This document shows, piece by piece, positions 1 through 8,998 of a stretch of DNA of 47,905 nt; within the stretch, counting starts at the first letter, position 1, and each line of letters opens with the position of its first letter. Position numbers and translations under genes: made by a program. Origin of the DNA: a virus (taxonomy: Duplodnaviria; Caudoviricetes); the IMG/VR virus record IMGVR_UViG_3300044820_000192, positions 1 through 47,905 of that record; one strand, 5' to 3'. The notes beneath the pieces were generated by a model. The model was not told the DNA's origin. It did no database searches and worked only from the letters and a program-made list of their open reading frames with translations.

Positions 1-1
1 C

Positions 2-3000
2 TCCCGCTTCTGGCGCTGCGGCTATTCGCCCGACGCCTCCGGATCGAACGCCCGCGGGAACTTCCAGTCCGGCTCGACCTGCTACGCGAGCTGCGACTAC
101 ACCAAGACGGCCTGCGTCGCCCGCGGCATGTACACCCGGGATTCGCTCAGCCGCCACACCGGCCGCTTCGGCGGCTCGCAGTGGGATCCGCAGACGCGCG
201 AGTTTCAGAGCCGCGAATACGTCAGCGGCAACCAGATCCTGATCTTCCTGCCGCCAAACACGGCCAAATATGGCTCCTATTGGCCCGATGTGCTGGGCAC
301 CGCCTGGGTGGATCCGGTGATTGCCGACCTGGTCGGCGACGCAAACTTCACCAAGCTGCACGCCGTCTGCGCCGTCGGCGATATCGGCAATGACCCGAGC
401 AAGGTGAAGGTGCTGGTGAACGACGTCCAGATCCCCTTCAACACCCCGAGCACCAAGACGGCCTGGTGGAGCTTCATCAACTCCGGCGGCCGCGACGGCA
501 CGCCCGATCCCGACACGTTCTTCGGCTCGGGCTCGGGCGACCCCTTCGGCGGGCTCGCCTGCCTGCACATCGCCGTGCCCCGCCAGCTCGCCGACGCCGG
601 CTCGAATCCCCGGGTGCAGATTCTCGCCTCCGGGCCGCCGATCCGCGTCTACAGCGATCCGGTGACCCCGGTCTATGCCGGCCAGCACACCGACAACAGC
701 GCCTGGATTCTCATGGCCCTGCTGATCCGGTCCGGCTGGCAGTATTCCGAGCTGAACATTCAGAGCTTCTACGATGCCGCGCAGGTGTGCGGGGCCGCCA
801 TCTCACGCCAGACGCCCGACGGAACCGCGGTCACCGATATCCGGTATCGGGCCAACCTGGCCCTGGTGCAGCGCCGCCCCGCGGCCGAGTTCATCCGCGG
901 CGTCCGGCTGGGCTGCCGCGGCCTGCTGGTGCCCAACGGTTCGACCGGGCTGCTCGAGTGCTATATCCAGCAGACTCTCGCGGACCAGCAACCGGCGCCC
1001 GTCCCTGGATCGAACTACAACACCGCGGTTGCTTCCAAACATGCCGACGGCACCGCCGGAAGCGGCTATGTCGCCTACGCTTTCGACGAATCGAACCTGC
1101 TCCCGGATAGCGACGGCGTGCTGGTGCAGATCGATCAGCTCACCAACGCCGAATCGCCCAACAAGGTCGGCTTCGCTTTCCCCGACGCCGACCGCGATTT
1201 CGTCCAGGATTCGCTCAACCAGGTGGACACCTCCGACCAGGCCCGCGTCGGCCAGGAGATCCCCGGCTCGATCGCGCCCGAGGGCATCGTCACCTTCGAC
1301 CAGGCCCAGCGCGCCATCGCCACATACCGCTCCGAGCTGATGGACGGCAATCCGCGCGGCGACTCCGGCGGCACCTATACGTTCACGCTCTCGACCAGCT
1401 TCCGCGCCGTGCATCTGCGCATGGGCCACATCTGCATGCTGAGCCTGCAGCAGGAAGGCTTCACCGGCCAACTGATCCGCATCCTTGGCATCCAACCTTC
1501 GACGAACTTCGAAACGGTCACCCTCACTGCGCGCTGGCACACCGACGACTGGTACACCGACGCCTGGGGCCGCTCCGGCCAGCCCTCCGGCACGGGCGCA
1601 GGCTTGCGGACTCTCGAGCGGCCGCCATTCCCCTGGCTACCGAATACTGAAGCGCCCGCGGCCGCCGATTCGATGCTCGATCCCACCGAGCTGTATTTCG
1701 CGATCGCGCAGAGCTACGAGACGCTGGCCGACAAGACGGCGCTCGCCAAGCTCACCGTCTCCGGCTGTCAGCCCGTCAACTCATTCAGCCAGGCGGTGCG
1801 CGCGCCGCTGGTCTCCAGCTTCGGTAACACCGCGCCCACCGGTGGAACGCTGGGGAGCGGCCTCGGCGTCTACCTGGCTCTCTGCGCGATCGACGCGGCC
1901 GGACTCTACAGCGCACCATCCACCGTGTGCCAGGTATGGATCCCGGCTGGAACTTCGACCAACACGGCCACCATCCCCATAGTGAGCTGGGACCCCAATA
2001 CCGCCGGCTGGGCGCTATTCGCCGGCGTCGATCCCAACCACATGTGCTTCCAGCAGGCCGGAACGACGCAGCCTTCGAGCATCACCATCGGCTCGCTCGC
2101 CGCGGCTTCCTGGGGAATGCCCGACGTCGAGTTCGATCACCTTGAGGTGCGCGTCAAGCGCGTGATCCATGGCGGCCCATGGGCCATGCCCATCACCTCC
2201 GCCGGCGCGAACTCGGTCACCATCACGGGCGCCGGTTGGACGGAGAATTATGCGGGCTACGATGTCTCGCTCTACGGCCAGGCGGGCAACTCCGCGAATC
2301 TCCCGATCGTGAATATGCGCGTCGCCTCGAATACCGGCGACACCCTCACCTTCACCCACAACCTGCCCGTCGCCCTGCAACCTGGCGACGTGGTGATCAT
2401 GCGGTCGAAGGCCTCCACCGTCACCGCCAATTCAATCTCCGATCCGCTTTGGCAGAGCGCGTTCTATCCCTCGGGTTTGACGCCCGGCGCCGAGGTGGGC
2501 CGCGTGCTGCGCTTCATCGCCGGCACGGGCCGCGGCCTCGCCTACACCATCGCCGCCAACACGGCGACCTCGATCACTATCGACGGGCAATGGGTGATCG
2601 CCCCCGATTCCACCTCCCGCTACATCGTCGAAGAGCCGGAGTGGCAGGAGTACGTCGAGACCAGCTCGACGCCCAACACCGACCCCGCCAAGTTGATCAG
2701 GATCCCGGTGGGCGTCGATAATTTCGTGAAGCAGAGCCTCCTGGTCCAAACCAGGACGGTCGATGCTACCGGCCAGACCGCGTTCGAGACGCTCTGCCAG
2801 GTCCGCGAGATCTATCTGTTCGGCTCTCCCGGATCCACGGCCAACTTCCAGAGCCAGATAGCCCTGAGCGTCGATGGGACCATCGCCATCGGCTCGGACA
2901 TGACGCCCCACGTCGCGCTCCAGTCCGCGGTGACGGCGAGCGGCGTGACGGCGCTTCTGAAACAGGCCTCCTCCGGGGCTGACGTGACGCTGACCATCAA

Positions 3001-3181
3001 AGTGGGCGGCACGGTCTGGCTCACCCTCACCATCCCCGCCGGAACGACTAGCGCCTCGGCGACGGCCGGCCAGGTCGCCGCGCTGGCCGCGATCGCGCCA
3101 GGCGCGGTGATCACGCTCGACCTCACCAGCGTCGGGACCACTTTCCCCGGGTCCGATCTCTCCGTCCTGATTTACCTCTAA
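2..3181 (+). CDS. Tail tip / host-specificity protein, C-terminal part (5' part at 47353-47905)
   Basis: Frame of ORF 128-3181 is open back to base 2 (SRFWRCGYS...CYASCDYTKTAC); beta-rich and follows distal tail genes on the circle. Confidence 0.8.
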   Translation, partial: SRFWRCGYSPDASGSNARGNFQSGSTCYASCDYTKTACVARGMYTRDSLSRHTGRFGGSQWDPQTREFQSREYVSGNQILIFLPPNTAKYGSYWPDVLGTAWVDPVIADLVGDANFTKLHAVCAVGDIGNDPSKVKVLVNDVQIPFNTPSTKTAWWSFINSGGRDGTPDPDTFFGSGSGDPFGGLACLHIAVPRQLADAGSNPRVQILASGPPIRVYSDPVTPVYAGQHTDNSAWILMALLIRSGWQYSELNIQSFYDAAQVCGAAISRQTPDGTAVTDIRYRANLALVQRRPAAEFIRGVRLGCRGLLVPNGSTGLLECYIQQTLADQQPAPVPGSNYNTAVASKHADGTAGSGYVAYAFDESNLLPDSDGVLVQIDQLTNAESPNKVGFAFPDADRDFVQDSLNQVDTSDQARVGQEIPGSIAPEGIVTFDQAQRAIATYRSELMDGNPRGDSGGTYTFTLSTSFRAVHLRMGHICMLSLQQEGFTGQLIRILGIQPSTNFETVTLTARWHTDDWYTDAWGRSGQPSGTGAGLRTLERPPFPWLPNTEAPAAADSMLDPTELYFAIAQSYETLADKTALAKLTVSGCQPVNSFSQAVRAPLVSSFGNTAPTGGTLGSGLGVYLALCAIDAAGLYSAPSTVCQVWIPAGTSTNTATIPIVSWDPNTAGWALFAGVDPNHMCFQQAGTTQPSSITIGSLAAASWGMPDVEFDHLEVRVKRVIHGGPWAMPITSAGANSVTITGAGWTENYAGYDVSLYGQAGNSANLPIVNMRVASNTGDTLTFTHNLPVALQPGDVVIMRSKASTVTANSISDPLWQSAFYPSGLTPGAEVGRVLRFIAGTGRGLAYTIAANTATSITIDGQWVIAPDSTSRYIVEEPEWQEYVETSSTPNTDPAKLIRIPVGVDNFVKQSLLVQTRTVDATGQTAFETLCQVREIYLFGSPGSTANFQSQIALSVDGTIAIGSDMTPHVALQSAVTASGVTALLKQASSGADVTLTIKVGGTVWLTLTIPAGTTSASATAGQVAALAAIAPGAVITLDLTSVGTTFPGSDLSVLIYL

Positions 3182-5997
3182 TGAGCTCCGAGACGATCTA
3201 CAAGCTGCAGCCCGACCGTACGCTGAGCCTTCGAGGCTTCGACCGCCGCGGCGCGGCCGCCGCGCTCCATCACGCCAGCGCGACCGGCTTCCAGCTCTCC
3301 GGCGTCTTCAGAGACTTCGCCGATTTCTGCGTTCTCACGCTCTGGGACGCCGACGATCAATTCGGCCATTATCTGGCACACAAGTACCTTCCCGATTTCG
3401 ATTTCTCGGGCATGGTACTTACGTTCGATGTCGCCGCATCGGGAGTCCAGCCGCTCGACTCACCCGCCTATCAGTGGATTCCCTGGCGCTCGCTGAGCTA
3501 TATCCGGCCGGATGGATCCTCCGGATCGATCGACCTGGCCGCGCACATCACCCAGGTTGGCGGCTCGCTGGCCTCCGCCACCGGCGTGTTCACGATCGCC
3601 ACGCCCGGCGCCGTGCCCGGCGATCGCCTGACGCTGTGGTTCCAGAACATCGCGTTCGATTACTGGCCCGGCCTCGGCGGCGATACCGCGGCCGCGGTCG
3701 CGGCGAACCTGGCCACCCAGATCAATGCCTATACCTGGACCGGCTATGCGACCTGGCTCTCGGCGAGTTCGTCGGCGAACGTCCTGACGGTCACCGCGCA
3801 TCCCGCCGGCGCGGACGGCAACCGGGTCACGATGTATGCGATCTCGGCCGGAACGAACCTGACCTGCAATACGCCGGTGACCTTCTCGGGCGGGACGTCG
3901 GCGGCGACCTGGCGCGTGTCGATCGACTTCACCGCGCTGGGCATCGACCAGCTCCGCCAGGCCTGGCTCACCATCGCGCCGCAGCTCAGGCCCGGAGCTT
4001 ACTCGGATACTGAGTGGAGCGTCACGGTCTCCAATTGGACGGTCACCGATCCGGGCGGAAAGCGGCCGCTGAAGATTGCGTCGCCGGCGAGCAGCGTGCG
4101 GATCGGCAGTAAAGACGCCTGGGTGAGCTACAGCGGATCGAGCTGGATCGAGGAAGCCAGCAATCAGCCTGGCGTCACGGGCTGGTTCCATCGCGGCTTC
4201 GCGCGCCGGGCGAGTTCACCGGGCGATTCGGTCACCATTCAATATTCCTGCCAACAGATCCACGATCTTTATCTGGGCACATCGCTCTACACCGACCGGG
4301 GCATTGCCACCGTGTCTCTCGATGGCGATGCGGCCACTGATCTCGACGGCTTCATTCTCTCGGCGCCCAACGGCCCCATCGTCACCCGCCGCAAATTGCG
4401 ATCGAGTGTCGCGGCCGGGACGCATACGGTGGCTATCACTCTCACTGGCCGCCAGCATGCCGCGATCGCGAGCTGGGACGCCAACTCCACCGGGCCCTAT
4501 TTCTATTTCGACTTCATCGAGGCCGCCGTCCCGGGAAACGTTCCGGATCCCGCCATCATTTACGGCGCGGTGATGCCGGCCACCGATTTCGATACCGACG
4601 CGACCTACAAACTCCCGCCGCAGCGCCTGGTTTGGCAGATCGCCAAGCTGGGCTTCGCCGGCGCGATGGATCACTACCTGGGCGTCTTCTGGTGGGCCCA
4701 GCGTAAGCGCTCCGGGGGCGCATTCCCGACCTGGGTGCTGACCTTCGCAGGTTCCTGGGCGAGCGGGGACACGGCGTTTCTGACCATCGGAGGAACCACG
4801 ATCGGCAAGAGCGTGTTCCCTGCCGACACGGCCGCGACCATCGCCGCTCACTTCGCCTACTTCATCAACGAGACCTTCATCGGCGTCCAGGCCACGGCCG
4901 CCGCCGGCGTCCTCACCGTCTCATGCCGGACGCCTGTCTGGACCTTCACCTGTACGAAAAGTAAATCGAGTTCCGGAGGGACCATAGCCGAGAGCGGATC
5001 GCTCAATTCCGGCGGCGTCGAGGGCGACTGGGTAATCGACGAGACTGTCTCACCTGTGCTGAATCGAGCGGCCACCGACTGGCATGCCGACTTCTGGCGC
5101 GAGGTCCACGCCCGCGGCTGGAGCGCTGTTGCGGCGTTCTCGATCGAGCTGGTGAATCCGCCCGCGGCCTGGGCCCAGCGCTTCGCCGATGGGACTTCCG
5201 TCCTTACCGACACCGGCTTCGGCGGACTCCAGTCGACCCAGTGCACCTTCTCCAGCGCGGTACAGCAGTACCTTCGCCAGGCCTACGCCGAAATGGCCGC
5301 GTCGATGAGCGCGGCCGGCCTCACGCCCTGGCTGCAATTCGGCGAGGTCGGCTGGTGGTTCTTCCCGGGCGCCAATCCGTCGGATACGAAAGGCATGGCC
5401 TTCTACGATCCGGACACCGGCGCGGCCGCGCTCTCCGCGTTGGGACGGCCGCTCGCCGCCTTCACCCACCCCGGCGACGATCCCGCGGTGAACGGCTACG
5501 CCGACGCCAACTTTTTGCGTGAGCGCATCAAGACGCACATCGATGCCATCCGGACTTACGTGCTGGCCAGCGTCCCCGGCGCGAAGTTCGAGCTGCTCTG
5601 GCCCCTCGATGTCGACTATCCGTCGACGACGGCTCGCGCCCAACTCGGCGGCCGCCTGCTGCGCTATGTGAATTTTCCCATTGAGTACCAAGCGCAATCG
5701 GGCTCCGGCCTGGACCGGCTGAAGATCGAGGGCCTGGCCTTCGGAGCGACCGAGCGAAATTACGATGAGGCGCGCCAGGCGATCGCCTTCCCCGTTACCA
5801 GTCCCTGCGCCTGGCCTGCCGCCGCCATCGCCTACCTGGTGCCGCTGTTCAATGGTGGCTGCCCGTGGCCGCGCGAGTATCTGGCCGCGGTGAACGCCGG
5901 CGTTCCGCGCATCAATCTGTGGGCCTGGGATCACCTGGCGCTGCTGAGCTGGCCTGTGCCGTTGCCCGTCAACAGATCGCGCGCCGTTCTTTCCTGA
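3181..5997 (+). CDS. Large tail-associated protein with C-terminal glycoside-hydrolase-like TIM barrel
   Basis: 938 aa; motifs LNRAATDWHADF...AFSIEL and PWLQFGEVGWW resemble TIM-barrel tail proteins of GTA/siphovirus tail modules (recalled); start overlaps tail-tip stop. Confidence 0.6.
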   Translation: MSSETIYKLQPDRTLSLRGFDRRGAAAALHHASATGFQLSGVFRDFADFCVLTLWDADDQFGHYLAHKYLPDFDFSGMVLTFDVAASGVQPLDSPAYQWIPWRSLSYIRPDGSSGSIDLAAHITQVGGSLASATGVFTIATPGAVPGDRLTLWFQNIAFDYWPGLGGDTAAAVAANLATQINAYTWTGYATWLSASSSANVLTVTAHPAGADGNRVTMYAISAGTNLTCNTPVTFSGGTSAATWRVSIDFTALGIDQLRQAWLTIAPQLRPGAYSDTEWSVTVSNWTVTDPGGKRPLKIASPASSVRIGSKDAWVSYSGSSWIEEASNQPGVTGWFHRGFARRASSPGDSVTIQYSCQQIHDLYLGTSLYTDRGIATVSLDGDAATDLDGFILSAPNGPIVTRRKLRSSVAAGTHTVAITLTGRQHAAIASWDANSTGPYFYFDFIEAAVPGNVPDPAIIYGAVMPATDFDTDATYKLPPQRLVWQIAKLGFAGAMDHYLGVFWWAQRKRSGGAFPTWVLTFAGSWASGDTAFLTIGGTTIGKSVFPADTAATIAAHFAYFINETFIGVQATAAAGVLTVSCRTPVWTFTCTKSKSSSGGTIAESGSLNSGGVEGDWVIDETVSPVLNRAATDWHADFWREVHARGWSAVAAFSIELVNPPAAWAQRFADGTSVLTDTGFGGLQSTQCTFSSAVQQYLRQAYAEMAASMSAAGLTPWLQFGEVGWWFFPGANPSDTKGMAFYDPDTGAAALSALGRPLAAFTHPGDDPAVNGYADANFLRERIKTHIDAIRTYVLASVPGAKFELLWPLDVDYPSTTARAQLGGRLLRYVNFPIEYQAQSGSGLDRLKIEGLAFGATERNYDEARQAIAFPVTSPCAWPAAAIAYLVPLFNGGCPWPREYLAAVNAGVPRINLWAWDHLALLSWPVPLPVNRSRAVLS

Positions 5998-6026
5998 TCG
6001 CGCCGCCCGACCAAAGGAGTACAACC

Positions 6027-6227
6027 GTGAAGAAGCTCAACTGGAAAACATCGCTGCTCGGCCTGCTCATCCTGGCCCTGCAGCTCGGCAAGCCTTTCGT
6101 CGCCGAGCAATGGCGCGGAGCCATCGACCAGGCCTGTCTGGCGGCCGCCGGCGTCATTGGCCTGGCCGCCCGCGATCATGACAACGATGGGCAGGCCGCT
6201 GGCGACGCCGGCGAGGAGGCCAAGTGA
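6027..6227 (+). CDS. Putative holin
   Basis: GTG start after AAAGGAG; 66 aa KKLNWKTSLLG..., two hydrophobic segments, charged C-terminus; end of tail module. Confidence 0.6.
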   Translation: MKKLNWKTSLLGLLILALQLGKPFVAEQWRGAIDQACLAAAGVIGLAARDHDNDGQAAGDAGEEAK

Positions 6228-7027
6228 AAAAGGCGTTGCTTTCATTTCTCGCGTTCGCGATCGCTGCCAGCGCCGGCACGCGGATCCACGACACGGTCCT
6301 CTATGCGAATGGGACGCGCGCCGACGGCTATATCAGAATCGACTGGCCCGCGTTCACTACCGGGTCCGGCGCCGCGGTCGCCGGCGGGACCATGACCGTG
6401 AAGTTGACCGCCGGAGCGCTCGATATCGAATTGCAGCCAACCGACGCAGCAACGCCGTCCGGCACGGTCTATACGGTACGCATGTATCTGCGCAACAGTC
6501 CCGCCGCCGTCGAGTATTGGTCGGTTCCCTCTTCCCTTACTCCCGTAGGCCTCCGCGGCGTCCGCATGGCCCCGCAGTCGGCAATTGGTAATCTCCAACT
6601 CGCCGTGGCCAACCTGGACGCCACATCCTTACAGGGGCGTCCGGTCACATCCGCGGCTCCAGCCAACGGACAAACACTCCAATGGAACGCCGCCGCCAAC
6701 CGATGGGATCTCAATGGGAGTGCCCTGAGGTTGACGTCCACCACGCCGTCCGATGGCCAGATGTTGCGGTGGAATGGAGCGGCGCAGACGTGGGACTTGG
6801 TGAACCTGGTCGATGCGGCTTCTTTGACCGGGACGGCTGACGGAACGAATCTGGTGTTCTTGCTGCCGGCCGCGCCAGTGCCGGCCTCCAGCCTGATCCT
6901 GTTCCGCAACGGACTGGCCCTGCAGGCCGGCGGCTTCGATTACACATTGTCCGGATCGACGGTGACCTTTATCGCAGGAGAGGCGCCCCAGCCCGGAGAC
7001 ACACTGCGGGCCTGGTTCCGCTATTGA
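6224..7027 (+). CDS. Signal-peptide-bearing fibre/baseplate-like protein
   Basis: MKKALLSFLAFAIAASA leader; two P.xGQxLxWNxAxxxWDL repeats; C-terminal FRNGL...DYTLSGSTVTF beta domain. Confidence 0.55.
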   Translation: MKKALLSFLAFAIAASAGTRIHDTVLYANGTRADGYIRIDWPAFTTGSGAAVAGGTMTVKLTAGALDIELQPTDAATPSGTVYTVRMYLRNSPAAVEYWSVPSSLTPVGLRGVRMAPQSAIGNLQLAVANLDATSLQGRPVTSAAPANGQTLQWNAAANRWDLNGSALRLTSTTPSDGQMLRWNGAAQTWDLVNLVDAASLTGTADGTNLVFLLPAAPVPASSLILFRNGLALQAGGFDYTLSGSTVTFIAGEAPQPGDTLRAWFRY

Positions 7028-7275
7028 GCAGCAGATTGGGCGGCGACGAAGGTGAACTTGTAGCCGCTCTTCACCGCTGCGTTGTAGAACTCCCGGTAAG
7101 CCGCAAACGAGCGCGCCATATCCACGAATTCCTTCCTGCAGGCTGGGCAAAAGGAAGGCGCTCCCAAGCTTGTTGGAGCCGACACGCGGAAGGTGATGAC
7201 AGTTCCGCAGTCGCACTCAAACGAAATTTTGTCCAGCTCGGCAACGGCAAAGACCATCTCGACGCGAGTCATCAT
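7021..7275 (-). CDS. Small zinc-ribbon protein
   Basis: CDC...CPAC; coupled to upstream ORF. Confidence 0.6.
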   Translation of the reverse strand: MMTRVEMVFAVAELDKISFECDCGTVITFRVSAPTSLGAPSFCPACRKEFVDMARSFAAYREFYNAAVKSGYKFTFVAAQSAAQ

Positions 7276-7481
7276 CTCACCTTTCCAGTCGGCCGCGGCC
7301 GCGGCTCGGACAAGGCTCGCCGCACGTCCGGATCCGCATTCAGGCGTTCGGCAACGGCGGGCGCCAGGTCGAAGGTCCGGCCGCCGATCGAGACGATGAT
7401 CGGGGGCATAGTGATCGGGGGAGCCTCGTCATCGCGTTCCGGCCGAGGCGGGCGGATCGGCACAACTGTGTTGGCGCTCAA
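7272..7481 (-). CDS. Hypothetical protein
   Basis: 4-nt overlaps with both neighbours. Confidence 0.5.
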   Translation of the reverse strand: MSANTVVPIRPPRPERDDEAPPITMPPIIVSIGGRTFDLAPAVAERLNADPDVRRALSEPRPRPTGKVR

Positions 7482-8008
7482 GCCGCGCCTACCCGCGCCG
7501 GCCTTATCGTTGCGGCGCGCTGCAGTGCCGCGGCCACGCTGAGTTCCGGATTCTCGACCGCAAAGCGTTCCAGTGCCGTGGCCAATCGCCGCATTTCCTG
7601 CACGATCTGCTGGTCCCGCTCGGAGCGCTTTTCGTAGCGCTCCTTGAAGCTGAGGAACTGCGCCACGGTCGCTCGCTCGAATAGCAGCGATGACCTGCCG
7701 GCGCGGATGCGTCGAGGAAGATGCTCGAAGCCGGGGAATAGCGGAAGTTGGCGCGGATCAAGCGCCTCGGCTCGTTGGCTTTTGCTGATCGCATCGCCTA
7801 GGATCTGGTCGATTCGTTCTCGGGCCAACGCCGCTTCGAGCGGCTCCCATTTCCGCAGGTTTATCATCCGTTTGCGCAGGAAGGCATAGAAGTCTGGGTA
7901 CGTTTGAAACGTATCTACTTCAAGTGAAACCTGAACCCCGTCCCGAGCGAGAAAAGACTTCACCGCCTCTGTCAGTTTCGCCTTCAGATCCGGGTCGAGC
8001 TTACTCAT
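7478..8008 (-). CDS. Hypothetical helical protein
   Basis: ATG at 8008 after GGAGG; protein-like composition. Confidence 0.7.
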   Translation of the reverse strand: MSKLDPDLKAKLTEAVKSFLARDGVQVSLEVDTFQTYPDFYAFLRKRMINLRKWEPLEAALARERIDQILGDAISKSQRAEALDPRQLPLFPGFEHLPRRIRAGRSSLLFERATVAQFLSFKERYEKRSERDQQIVQEMRRLATALERFAVENPELSVAAALQRAATIRPARVGAA

Positions 8009-8180
8009 ATACACCTCCCGCCGGGGTTAAAGTATTACTTTCATTTGGGTACGAAAAACGTCCCTCTTGACCCTCTCGTGGAACGTCCCGTGGAACATTT
8101 CGAGGCGGCGATCTCTGCCACCGCGACAGCGCCGCTTCAACCGCTTCGTTCAGCTTCGCTTTGAGCTTCGGGTCCATCAT
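8001..8180 (-). CDS. 59-aa mini-protein similar to the N-terminus of the downstream protein (not in ORF track)
   Basis: AAGGAG RBS; MMDPKLKAKLNEAVEAALSR...VYE*; 3' end overlaps next start. Confidence 0.55.
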   Translation of the reverse strand: MMDPKLKAKLNEAVEAALSRWQRSPPRNVPRDVPREGQEGRFSYPNESNTLTPAGGVYE

Positions 8181-8279
8181 TCGGCTACTCCTTGTTCACT
8201 GGCGAGTTCTTCATGCTGCCCAATGATCAAGCTGAATCGGCCGGTCGCGAAATAGGATCTTCGTACCAGTGGGCCGCCG

Positions 8280-8609
8280 TCAGCTTCTCCCTGGTTCTCT
8301 GTTGTGCCCATTGGTGTGCTCTGCCGTGATGGCGCGAATCAGCGTGTCGAGGTTCTCCTCCATCCGCTTCATCCGCGCGTCCGAGGCATCGACGTATCTG
8401 CCGATGCTCTCGACCAAGCCCTCGATCATCCCCTGAAGCCTCTCCTGGGATTGGGCGGCCTGCCTCATGCGGGCATCAGTGCTTTCCGCCACCGCGGCAA
8501 GCGTCTGCTGTAAGCCGGCGTGAGACTGTGCCACCACAGCAAGCATCCGAGCCGACGCCGCAATATCCGCCTCGATGCGCTCGAACCGCTCAGCGACTTC
8601 GCGTTCCAT
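8280..8609 (-). CDS. Coiled-coil protein
   Basis: MEREVAERFERIE... heptad pattern; start overlaps upstream stop. Confidence 0.7.
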   Translation of the reverse strand: MEREVAERFERIEADIAASARMLAVVAQSHAGLQQTLAAVAESTDARMRQAAQSQERLQGMIEGLVESIGRYVDASDARMKRMEENLDTLIRAITAEHTNGHNREPGRS

Positions 8610-8851
8610 TACTGTCCTGCCTTCCCCTTGTTCGCCGAACGCGCTGCAGCCTTCGTGCCTCGCCGCTTTCCCCATCGCGCCTCCGCGGCGTTTCGCGCGA
8701 TCTCCTGGCGCTGTTCCTGAGTGAGCTTGACCGCCCGGACAGCATTCGCTCCCACCGATATTTCCTTCCTGCGCTCCGGAGTCAGTTTCTTGGCCCGTAG
8801 CTTCGCTAGCGCCACAGCCGCCGGATTCTTTTTCTTCACGCCTTTATTCAT
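8609..8851 (-). CDS. Small basic protein of the KNPAAVAL...LTPERRKEI...ARW type, probable DNA-binding regulator
   Basis: 80 aa, K/R-rich, duplicated KLTxExRxEI motif. Confidence 0.7.
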   Translation of the reverse strand: MNKGVKKKNPAAVALAKLRAKKLTPERRKEISVGANAVRAVKLTQEQRQEIARNAAEARWGKRRGTKAAARSANKGKAGQ

Positions 8852-8945
8852 CGCCTTTAGTATAGCTTGCGCATGGAAGTACCCGGCAATGGTACTTCCG
8901 CCTCACTTTCCTGTTGACATGCTTCCTTGCGCATGGCAGAATTGA
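8852..8945. promoter_or_regulatory. Divergent sigma70 promoters with twin operator repeats
   Basis: + strand TTGACA(8914)-17-CAGAAT(8937) with extended TG; - strand TATACT (8859-8864) 7 nt before ATG 8851; CTTGCGCATGG at 8866 and 8926; 9-bp inverted repeat 8875-8899. Confidence 0.7.
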
Positions 8946-8998
8946 GCCGTAGTACGAAGGTGCTCCACAAAAAAAGCGGAGCGGAAAGGAACGGCAAG

